Notes under the pieces: model-generated
The model's database searches: none
The model's input: only the letters and a program-made list of their open reading frames with translations
Told to the model about the DNA's origin: nothing
Position numbers and translations under genes: made by a program
Part shown: positions 55,996-64,000 of the stretch, piece by piece
How positions within the stretch are numbered: position 1 is the first letter of the stretch
How the letters are laid out: each line of letters starts with the position of its first letter
Assembly (NCBI GenBank): GCA_937936355.1
Contig: CALDDM010000002.1
Span: 17,156-81,155 of the forward strand
Direction: 5' to 3'
Length of the DNA stretch: 64,000 bases
Source of the DNA: Minisyncoccota bacterium
GTDB taxonomy: Bacteria; Patescibacteriota; Minisyncoccia; Moranbacterales; GCA-2747515

Positions 55996-58062
55996 ATGCT
56001 TACGAGATTATTCTCTTTACGCTCACCACGTCGACCTGCAATTATCTTTGCCTTATTTATAGTGTCACTTTTTGTGATGCCTTTTTATGGTGCCCCCGAT
56101 ATGACAATCCACACTTTAAATGCCTCAGCTAATAATACTGACCTAGATCTAGATCCCGGAACTATTAGTGATATAGTCGAGTGTAGACTGCGTGATGATG
56201 GTCCAATTATTGCCTGTCTTATAAACAAACTACTTTTCTTACCTGCTCAGCTTTTCTCTGTTGGCGTTTCTTTCGCGGTTAGCTTGCTGGATATATTCAC
56301 TGATCCAGTTCTCTACAATGCGCAATTTAAAAGTGAAGCCCTCTATGCTGGCTGGGGCGTAGTGCGCGATCTTTTTAATATTATCTTCATCTTTGCACTT
56401 CTTTTCAGCGCCTTTGCAACGATCTTCCAGATTCAGAAGTATCATTTGCGCAACATCCTCAAAAACGTTATCATCATGGCACTGCTGATCAATTTCTCGT
56501 GGCCGATTGCCCGCGTGATCATCGATTTCTCAAATATTCTCATGTTCTTCTTTTTGGGAGACGGTAATGGACTTCAGCTTGCAGCCCGAGTAAGTGAAGG
56601 AAAGGGCTTGCACAACATACTTCTTGCTGGGGCTGATATAAGACAATTCGGCTCCATGGGTAATGTGGTTTTGATAGATATATTTATGTTTATCTACATG
56701 ATCACGATGCTTACTGTTGCTTTTCAATTTATCATTAGATTGGTTGCTCTCCTCATGCTTATGGTCTTTGCGCCAATTGGCTTCGCTGGCGCTGCAATCC
56801 CCCGCATGGAAGGCCTATCTTCTAGTTGGTGGAGCGCTTTTCTTAAGTATTGCTTTGCTGGCCCAGTAATGATGTTCATGGTCGTACTTGCCAGCTTTAT
56901 AATGGTTGAAACAAATAAAGCAAATGAGGGTACGATCTTTGTAGCAACTAAAACTGGTGCCTTTGAAAATTTTCTAGGTAACGCAGTCGCCTTCACAGTA
57001 CCTATGGCGATTTTGTGGGGTGCAATCATCGCCTCCGGAAAGCTAGGCGATGCGGGCTCAAATTTTGTCACGAGCAAAGCAAAAAGCGCGCTCAGACGTG
57101 GTGGGGACTTTGTGACGCGCCCAGTGGTGGGTGTTGGGAAGGGTGCTGTGGGTAGCGCTACAGGTGTAGCTAAGAGAGCTGGACGCGCGTTTCCGGGCGT
57201 AGCAGCTGGGACTGGCATCATCAAAGGTGTTGGTAATAGCCTTGCCAAGAGCTCTGCAACGTCTAAGGCAAAGTTTGAAGCTCGCCAAGCAGCTGTTGCT
57301 GCAAACACACAACAACAAATGCCTGGTTTTGTGGGTGGAGATAGCAATGCAGTGGCAAAGTATGAGAAAACCGCCGCAATCAAGCGATCTTCGGAGTTCA
57401 AGGAGGCCGGCATAGGAGCCAAAGTTGCAGCTGACCAGTTCAAAAATGCTCAAGGCGTAGAAAAGCAAGCTCTTATGAGCTACATGACAAGCAAGGATGC
57501 TGTGAAAAGTGGGGAAGACCTACAACATGTTTTGACAGCTTTAGAGGTTGATCGAGTTAAAAGCCTGGAGGGTGTTACTGATCAAGCTTTTATAGATAAG
57601 ATAAATTCGGATTCACAAAAGAGTGCTCTCAAGTCTTTGGAGTCGATCGATGACTTTGCAGCAAGTCAGTTTAAAGAAGGCGATTATAAAAAGATAGCAT
57701 CTGCGTATAGCGGGTCTGATGAGACCGGCAAAGAGCTTTTGTCTGCGGTCAATAATAAGCTCCTTAGCAAGAATCGACTTGATCTTCAGCTCAGTCACGT
57801 AATTACTGATAAGCGTCAAGGTCCAGCGGCTGCAGCTGAAGTCGTGGAAAACCTCACGTCAACTCAACTGGCATCAAACGTGAAAGTGGCGCAGGTTCTC
57901 GAAGATAGTAAAGATGATCATTACCAAGAGACACTTGCTGTTGTCAGCGCAATCAACAATCAAGTCTTGTCTACACCAAAGTCTCGTGAGCAATTTGGCT
58001 TAAGGGCAGGAGCAAAGCAAAAAGATAAGCTCTCAAGCGTAGGCGTAAAAACTACTGTTTAG
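55996..58062 (+). CDS. VirB6/TrbL-like polytopic membrane protein
   Basis: GWGVVRDLFN, ALLINFS, IIDFSN, RLVALLMLMVFAPI, WW; Gly/Ala-rich tail. Confidence 0.75.
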   Translation: MLTRLFSLRSPRRPAIIFALFIVSLFVMPFYGAPDMTIHTLNASANNTDLDLDPGTISDIVECRLRDDGPIIACLINKLLFLPAQLFSVGVSFAVSLLDIFTDPVLYNAQFKSEALYAGWGVVRDLFNIIFIFALLFSAFATIFQIQKYHLRNILKNVIIMALLINFSWPIARVIIDFSNILMFFFLGDGNGLQLAARVSEGKGLHNILLAGADIRQFGSMGNVVLIDIFMFIYMITMLTVAFQFIIRLVALLMLMVFAPIGFAGAAIPRMEGLSSSWWSAFLKYCFAGPVMMFMVVLASFIMVETNKANEGTIFVATKTGAFENFLGNAVAFTVPMAILWGAIIASGKLGDAGSNFVTSKAKSALRRGGDFVTRPVVGVGKGAVGSATGVAKRAGRAFPGVAAGTGIIKGVGNSLAKSSATSKAKFEARQAAVAANTQQQMPGFVGGDSNAVAKYEKTAAIKRSSEFKEAGIGAKVAADQFKNAQGVEKQALMSYMTSKDAVKSGEDLQHVLTALEVDRVKSLEGVTDQAFIDKINSDSQKSALKSLESIDDFAASQFKEGDYKKIASAYSGSDETGKELLSAVNNKLLSKNRLDLQLSHVITDKRQGPAAAAEVVENLTSTQLASNVKVAQVLEDSKDDHYQETLAVVSAINNQVLSTPKSREQFGLRAGAKQKDKLSSVGVKTTV

Positions 58063-58079
58063 AATCAGAAATTGAAACT

Positions 58080-59483
58080 ATGGATATCAACTCACAATCA
58101 ATCTATCCACTTCTCGTACCATTGCGGGATGGGTCTGAGGACTTGCCTGCGGAGCTAGAGCTTAAGTGGGATAAGGTACGAGCGTTGCCTGAGCGCAATC
58201 GCTTGATTTTGCTCTCGGATGAAATCAAGGAGCTTATTCTGCGTTATTCCATTCAGCATAATCTGACAGAAAAACAAGCAGAGCATTTTTCGCGCTTGAT
58301 TCGCTCCTTTTTCTTTGGGGAGAACTCATCAGCTGAGACTGGCGTAGCGATTGGTGCCATTTTCCACCAAGACCAAGCTTTTGGTGTTGGCGTTTTGAAC
58401 GAAATCCAAGGCATATCTGCTATGCCAGCACCCGCCACTGCCGCACAAGCGAACACCCCCCCAACTCAAGTCATTCCATCTGAAATGCTTCCACTTGCAG
58501 AGGCGCGCGATAAGTATCCACAGTTGGGTCAACAGCTTGTCACCAAAGGTCGGATCATTGCGAAGCAGTTTGTCACACCCATGACGCCAACTGTTGCGCA
58601 CTGGATTAGTGCTTACGAGGCAATCGCAGGCGTGCAGAAGCATACTGCAATCGAGCGTGGTGAGTTTCTCTACCGATCCCAACCATGCAGAGGGCTTAGG
58701 GAGATCGATCGGACCAAGCTTGCACAGCTCCTCAAGGCACATGATGAGGGCACATCACTTAAGATCTCTACCGAAAAGGGTGGGATCATCTGGCAAAAGG
58801 ATTCAGCAGAAGCACAGAATCTCACACCTCAAAATCCGCAACCCGTAACGCCGACACCTGCGCAGAATCCTACTCCCGCTCCTACTTCAGTACAAACAAC
58901 CCAGCCAGTTATTGTCGCACCGAACCCACCAATCCAAGAGCTGCCTGCAACGCCCTCCCTTCAACAAATCCCTCAACAAACCGATTTACAACCTCACACT
59001 CAAGATTCCACACAAGCACCGCCACCGGCCCGACAGTCGCAGCAGATACCTCGCGCATCAAAGTCGCCACGCAGATCGTCTTCGCTGGAACCACAGCTTC
59101 ACTCTCTCCCAGATAGCCGCATAGAGAACGCGCAACCCGCCTCATCACCAGCACTTGGATCTGTGCGTAAGTCCCTTCCGAAACCTCAACCAATGCCGCA
59201 ACCCACTACACAGCCAACCAGTCGACCAGGCGTACAACACACAAATCAACAAGCGCCCGCAACACCGTCCCTTCAGCATTTTGCTCATCAACAGACTGGC
59301 ACCCAGCAACCATTACAGCGCGCGCAACCAAGCAAGCAGCAAAGCACGCAGCCACCTAAGAATCTTCCTACCACAGTCAACTTCAGTTCTGGTCAGACTC
59401 TTCCGACAGAAAAATCAGGTAACATGACGCCACATACTACCGACAAAAAACGCAACCCTTTTCACATTAATCCAATTGGATAA
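58080..59483 (+). CDS. Hypothetical protein with Pro/Gln-rich C-terminus
   Basis: Folded N-terminal half, low-complexity P/Q/T tail; inside the secretion cluster. Confidence 0.75.
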   Translation: MDINSQSIYPLLVPLRDGSEDLPAELELKWDKVRALPERNRLILLSDEIKELILRYSIQHNLTEKQAEHFSRLIRSFFFGENSSAETGVAIGAIFHQDQAFGVGVLNEIQGISAMPAPATAAQANTPPTQVIPSEMLPLAEARDKYPQLGQQLVTKGRIIAKQFVTPMTPTVAHWISAYEAIAGVQKHTAIERGEFLYRSQPCRGLREIDRTKLAQLLKAHDEGTSLKISTEKGGIIWQKDSAEAQNLTPQNPQPVTPTPAQNPTPAPTSVQTTQPVIVAPNPPIQELPATPSLQQIPQQTDLQPHTQDSTQAPPPARQSQQIPRASKSPRRSSSLEPQLHSLPDSRIENAQPASSPALGSVRKSLPKPQPMPQPTTQPTSRPGVQHTNQQAPATPSLQHFAHQQTGTQQPLQRAQPSKQQSTQPPKNLPTTVNFSSGQTLPTEKSGNMTPHTTDKKRNPFHINPIG

Positions 59484-59540
59484 AGTGCTGAGGAAGCAAT
59501 GTATTAGCACTCTTATTACATATTATTCTATTGTTAGCTT

Positions 59541-60044
59541 ATGGAGGAGGTACCACAATTCATCAATACGCAGGACAAAATAGCGGGTCCATTTACGTGG
59601 AAGCAACTTGCATGGCTTGGGGGTGCTGGGATGATCCTTGCGCTTCTATGGCAGCTTCTTATTCGGCCAGTCTTCTTTGTCGTAGCTGTACCAATTGTTA
59701 TTATTGCCGGACTGCTGACATTCTTTCGTCCATATCAAATGTCATTTATTTCTTATCTTGGTCACTTGTTGGCCTACCTCTTCAAGCCACGTACATACCT
59801 CTGGCAACGGGAAGTCATCACACATGACGATGATGTTCAAGAGAATCAACCACAAGAAGTCCAACACTCTCAAAAGAGTGTCTCTCTTGAGGATGTGCAT
59901 GCCCTAACTGAGGCACTTGATAGTCATGGGTCTGTTCGCAACGAACGTTTGCAGGCAATTATTGCACAGAATCTTTCTCAGTCTGCGCATAAAAACAGCT
60001 TAGGTCTTGGTCGTACAAAGAAACCTGAGAACAAAGAGGCGTAG
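59541..60044 (+). CDS. PrgI-family (VirB3-like) protein
   Basis: VPQFINTQDKIAGPFTWKQL, two TM helices, KPRTYLW. Confidence 0.85.
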   Translation: MEEVPQFINTQDKIAGPFTWKQLAWLGGAGMILALLWQLLIRPVFFVVAVPIVIIAGLLTFFRPYQMSFISYLGHLLAYLFKPRTYLWQREVITHDDDVQENQPQEVQHSQKSVSLEDVHALTEALDSHGSVRNERLQAIIAQNLSQSAHKNSLGLGRTKKPENKEA

Positions 60045-60163
60045 ACTAACTGTCATTGTACGCTTCTTTTTATACACATGTCCTTTGTGTGCAAAATTTA
60101 GTACAATGTATGTAGTAGATTGAGAATGTTATATACGATTACAAATATTACTAGTGAAACATT

Positions 60164-60844
60164 ATGGAAAGTCTTGGTAGAGCGCAATCCTCCGCAAACA
60201 CACTAAACTATGTGGATATACAATCTGTAGAAGATGGTGTTGTTATACTCAAAAATGGAACCTTGCGCGCTGTCATCCTTGTCTCCTCTATCAACTTTGA
60301 TCTCAAATCTTCCGTTGAACAGGAAGCGATCATTGGAAGTTATCAGAACTTTCTCAACTCGCTTGATTTTCCTGTGCAGATTGTTGTGAGCTCTCGTAAG
60401 CTCAACATGTCATCTTATCTCTCGTTGCTGAGCTCCGCTGAAAAAGCCCAGCGCAATGAGCTCTTACGTATCCAAACGACAGAGTATCGCTCCTTTGTGA
60501 AGAATCTTGCTGACGTTACAAATATTATGAGTAAGTTTTTTTATGTCGTGGTGCCGTTTGCCCCTGTAGAGAATGCGAATGTTGGTGTCTTAAGTAAAAT
60601 TTCTAGCCTGGTTAACCCACAGGGTGCCCTCAAAGCACGTGGTGAACTCCTCGAGACGTACAAAAGCCAACTCTGGCAACGTGTTGACCATGTTGCAGCC
60701 GCGCTTGAGGGGACTGGACTGAATTTTACAGCTCTCACAACTGACGAGTTAATCGAGCTCTACTACAATGCATATAATCCATCTGTGTACTCACAATCCG
60801 GTGTAAAGGATGTCTCTCAATCAGAACTTGCAACACGCAGTTAA
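60164..60844 (+). CDS. VirB4/TraC N-terminal-like protein
   Basis: DGVVILKNG, SSINFDLKS..EQEAII..YQNFLNSLDFPVQI, FYVVVP. Confidence 0.7.
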   Translation: MESLGRAQSSANTLNYVDIQSVEDGVVILKNGTLRAVILVSSINFDLKSSVEQEAIIGSYQNFLNSLDFPVQIVVSSRKLNMSSYLSLLSSAEKAQRNELLRIQTTEYRSFVKNLADVTNIMSKFFYVVVPFAPVENANVGVLSKISSLVNPQGALKARGELLETYKSQLWQRVDHVAAALEGTGLNFTALTTDELIELYYNAYNPSVYSQSGVKDVSQSELATRS

Positions 60845-60893
60845 TCTCGTTCACTACAGCTTGTTGTAGAAAATATTACCAACCACATAAAAC

Positions 60894-62708
60894 ATGCTTG
60901 TGCTATTTGGAAAAAAGAAAAAAAAAGAAAGTAGTCTCGAGTCGGATATGATGCAAGATGAGAAGGTTTATCAGCAGGGCATTGCCACAGTTCGTGGCTT
61001 AATCGCTCCGAGCGCATTTCAGATTCAAGCCTCCCAGATCCAAGTGGGTGACACAGTTGCGACAACTCTCTTTGTCATTGCGTACCCACGCTACCTGAGC
61101 AATAATTGGTTTTCTCCGATTATTAACATTGACTTTCCAATGGATATAGCAATGTTTATCCATCCCGCTGATTCTGGTATCGTTCTCAAAGATCTCCGCA
61201 AACAAGCAACGCGACTAGAGTCTCAAATCTCTATGGAAGCACGAGCTGGTAAAGTACGCGACCCCAAGCTTGAGGCAGCAATTGCGAATGTTGAAAATCT
61301 TCGCAACAGTCTCCAGCAGGGGACTGAACGATTCTTTCGTTTTGGACTCTATATCACCTTGTATGCAGCTGACCAGAAAGAACTCCGCAAGCAAAAGAAT
61401 GAAATTATTACCATCCTAGAGGCACAGCTCATCTATGCAAAGTCTGCGACCCTTCGTATGGACAAAGCATTTATCTCTACCTTGCCGCTTGCAGATGATA
61501 CGCTCAATATTGGCACAAACCTTAATACTGGTCCTCTTTCTACGACATTTCCTTTTGTCAGTGCAAGCCTTTCCTCTAACGATGGGATCTTGTATGGTGT
61601 CAATCGACATAACAACAGCCTCATACTCTTTGACCGCTTCAACCTCGAGAATGCAAATATGACCGTTTTTGCAAAATCTGGAGCGGGGAAGAGTTACTTT
61701 GTCAAACTTGAGATTTTGCGTTCAATGATGTTTGGAACGAGTGTGATCGTTATTGACCCAGAGAATGAGTACAAACACCTTTGTCAGACAATTGGCGGCT
61801 CGTTTATCAATATATCGCTCGGCTCAAAGGTGCACATCAATCCATTTGAACTTCCCGATATACCAGAAGGGGAGCGACCAGAGGATGTCTTTCGCAATGC
61901 AATTGCAAACCTCATCGGACTCATGCATATCATGCTGGGATCACTTAATGCAGAAGACGATACAATCATCGAACGCGCTATACGTGAAGCCTACGCTGTG
62001 CGTGATATTTCAGAGACACGTGACTTTTCAAAAATTGCACATGAGGAATTCCCCACAATGACCGATCTCAAATCAATCCTTGAGAACATGGAGGGTGGAA
62101 ACCGCCTTGCACTACAACTAGAGAAGTACACCGAAGGTGTTTTTGCAAATTTTCTCGATCAGCCCACCAACATCATTGTTGATAATCAAATTATTGTCTT
62201 TAATATACGTGATCTCGAAGAAGAGCTCCGACCAATCGCGATGTACCTGATCCTTCAGTTTATATGGAATGAAATGCGGGTTAATATGAAAAAGCGCCTG
62301 GTCATTGTTGATGAGGCGTGGCTCATGATGCAAAATGAAGATGCTGCGTCGTTTATCTTTGGTATCGCTAAGCGTTGCCGCAAATACTACACAGGCCTCA
62401 CGACGATCACACAGGACATTTCCGATTTTCTCACGAGTCGCTATGGAAAACCAATCATCACTAATTCGTCCCTTCAACTCCTTCTTAAGCAGTCCCCAGC
62501 ATCAGTAGACCTTCTCAAAGACACTTTTTATCTGACAGACCATGAGAAGTTCCTCCTCCTTGAGAGTGGTGTAGGTGAGGGAATCTTTTTTGCTGGCCCA
62601 AAGCATGCTGCTATTAAAGTTATTGCATCCTACAGCGAGGACCAAATCATCACCTCTGACCCCAAGCAACTCCTTGCCATCAAAGAAGTTCGTGAGTCCC
62701 TTGAGTAA
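60894..62708 (+). CDS. virB4: VirB4-like ATPase
   Basis: Walker A AKSGAGKS, IDPENEY, INPF, Walker B IVDEAW, RKY..ITQD. Confidence 0.9.
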   Translation: MLVLFGKKKKKESSLESDMMQDEKVYQQGIATVRGLIAPSAFQIQASQIQVGDTVATTLFVIAYPRYLSNNWFSPIINIDFPMDIAMFIHPADSGIVLKDLRKQATRLESQISMEARAGKVRDPKLEAAIANVENLRNSLQQGTERFFRFGLYITLYAADQKELRKQKNEIITILEAQLIYAKSATLRMDKAFISTLPLADDTLNIGTNLNTGPLSTTFPFVSASLSSNDGILYGVNRHNNSLILFDRFNLENANMTVFAKSGAGKSYFVKLEILRSMMFGTSVIVIDPENEYKHLCQTIGGSFINISLGSKVHINPFELPDIPEGERPEDVFRNAIANLIGLMHIMLGSLNAEDDTIIERAIREAYAVRDISETRDFSKIAHEEFPTMTDLKSILENMEGGNRLALQLEKYTEGVFANFLDQPTNIIVDNQIIVFNIRDLEEELRPIAMYLILQFIWNEMRVNMKKRLVIVDEAWLMMQNEDAASFIFGIAKRCRKYYTGLTTITQDISDFLTSRYGKPIITNSSLQLLLKQSPASVDLLKDTFYLTDHEKFLLLESGVGEGIFFAGPKHAAIKVIASYSEDQIITSDPKQLLAIKEVRESLE

Positions 62709-62754
62709 TCCATGGAGACTTCTGCGTTTGGATCTAATACGCTAGCGTACTGAT

Positions 62755-63315
62755 ATGGCTACACCCACCGCAACAACACTTGGCAAACCACTCCGACGCA
62801 TCACATCCAGTACATCTCGCAATGCTGTACACCGCCTGCGCAAAGCAACACAAGAGCACGTCACTCGCAACCCCGTACTTGACCAAGAAATACTCGTGGC
62901 GAAACAGCACGCCAAAGATACTATACGGAATATAAAAAGCGAGTCTGATATGCCTTTTTGGATTTTGATTTTTAGCTCACTCTTTGTTACGTTTATTGGC
63001 TTTATAAGTCTTATACCTGTTGTAGGGTGGGGGTTTTATATGGTTATCAAGCTCTGTAATATGATCCTTGGAATCATGGCGATCAGCTACGCGAATCACA
63101 TGACGCATAGCAGGCTCAAGAGCCATGGTCGTTTGTTCACGCGTATTATCATTCTCTCGCTTACAATGCTCTTTGGCTTACTTTTTCCACCAGTAAATGC
63201 AATACTCTTGAATATGCCAACACTTTTGACCGAGGCTTGGATTCTTTGGAGTGCCCGCCGTCATCGCAAAGAGGCAATAGCAGAACTTGAGAAGACCCTT
63301 ACCCTCTCTGCATAG
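62755..63315 (+). CDS. Membrane protein
   Basis: Three to four hydrophobic segments (LIPVVGW). Confidence 0.7.
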   Translation: MATPTATTLGKPLRRITSSTSRNAVHRLRKATQEHVTRNPVLDQEILVAKQHAKDTIRNIKSESDMPFWILIFSSLFVTFIGFISLIPVVGWGFYMVIKLCNMILGIMAISYANHMTHSRLKSHGRLFTRIIILSLTMLFGLLFPPVNAILLNMPTLLTEAWILWSARRHRKEAIAELEKTLTLSA

Positions 63316-63382
63316 AGTTCATTTACTCTCAGGATATAATGCTCTCACGCCTTGTCATGATATAATTGTGAAAAATATCCTT

Positions 63383-64000
63383 ATGCTTAACTCTCCTTCT
63401 CAGGCGGTGAGACAATATATTATTTCTCTCGCCATCCTCATTCTCTCGTTGGGTCTTTATATCCTTTTTCCTACGGAAGGTATGTTGCAGTCTATTATCG
63501 TCCTCCTGTCTTTTTTGTGTGTTCTTCCCGCTCTTTACATCCGCTTCGTTCTTCATAGAAAATGGTCTTCTTTCATACCCCCGCTTGTGCACTTTTCAGC
63601 CGGAAAAGTTGCAGCCCTTCTTGGTGCGAGTCTTTTGTGTGCAATCTGTATGATTATTATCGCTTTCTTGCCGTATAACGCAGGCTACATCGTTCAAATG
63701 CGTGATGTTTTTTCTAGTTTTCGTGGTTTTTTGCTTTATCAAGCTGTCTTTACTGTACCGCTCTTACTTGTGATTACCTTCTTCTGTGTGCGTCTCACGC
63801 ATCTCATGGATTTTGGAGGACGTGCTCATAGCATCATAGCAATCATCTTGCTTTCTGTTGTCATCCAAATTTCGACGCCGCTGCCACTTTTGAGCATAGC
63901 CCCCCTTGCGATCACTGTTCTCATACTTGCACGCTTCAAGATTTTAAATGAATACATAGTCTTTCTTGTTTTTTTTCTTGGTCTTGCCTGCTACGATGCT
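63383..64000 (+). CDS. Polytopic membrane protein, runs off the right edge
   Basis: Manual translation MLNSPSQAVRQYIISLAILILSLGLYILFP...; open and highly hydrophobic as far as translated. Confidence 0.65.
   Translation, partial: MLNSPSQAVRQYIISLAILILSLGLYILFPTEGMLQSIIVLLSFLCVLPALYIRFVLHRKWSSFIPPLVHFSAGKVAALLGASLLCAICMIIIAFLPYNAGYIVQMRDVFSSFRGFLLYQAVFTVPLLLVITFFCVRLTHLMDFGGRAHSIIAIILLSVVIQISTPLPLLSIAPLAITVLILARFKILNEYIVFLVFFLGLACYDA

Overview
Core chromosomal segment of a reduced-genome bacterium, most consistent with Patescibacteria/CPR (Parcubacteria-like). This is inferred from gene content, mostly SD-less starts and the PrgI/VirB4 locus; genetic code 11 fits because TGA ends rny. Housekeeping genes: hup, rny, gpmI, clpP, tig, ppa, nusA, rplS, a Xer-type recombinase, pcrA, rsmA, comM/yifB, lspA, yraN, pnp, rpsO, gyrA, rpsA, gmk, tilS, ftsH, rbfA, nrnA, family-4 UDG. 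The window also has nine tRNAs, a dense cluster of parS palindromes (50.9-51.4 kb) and a VirB6/PrgI/VirB4 cluster at the right end. The main unexplained structure lies at 12.4-16.77 kb: a head-to-tail array of single-gene cassettes (416-986 bp) directly behind the 3' end of tRNA-Gly(GCC). Each cassette is delimited by a conserved 28-bp site that shares the core GCTCA with the tRNA end, and most carry their own terminator/promoter unit. Three cassettes share one N-terminal membrane leader fused to unrelated bodies. It resembles an integron-like gene-capture array that uses a tRNA as the entry site, with no IntI in the window. Other notable items: a structured ~110-127-bp mini-element at the 3' ends of two different tRNAs, a naturally circularly permuted DsbA, and several candidate structured RNAs. 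All calls are by eye, without database searches.
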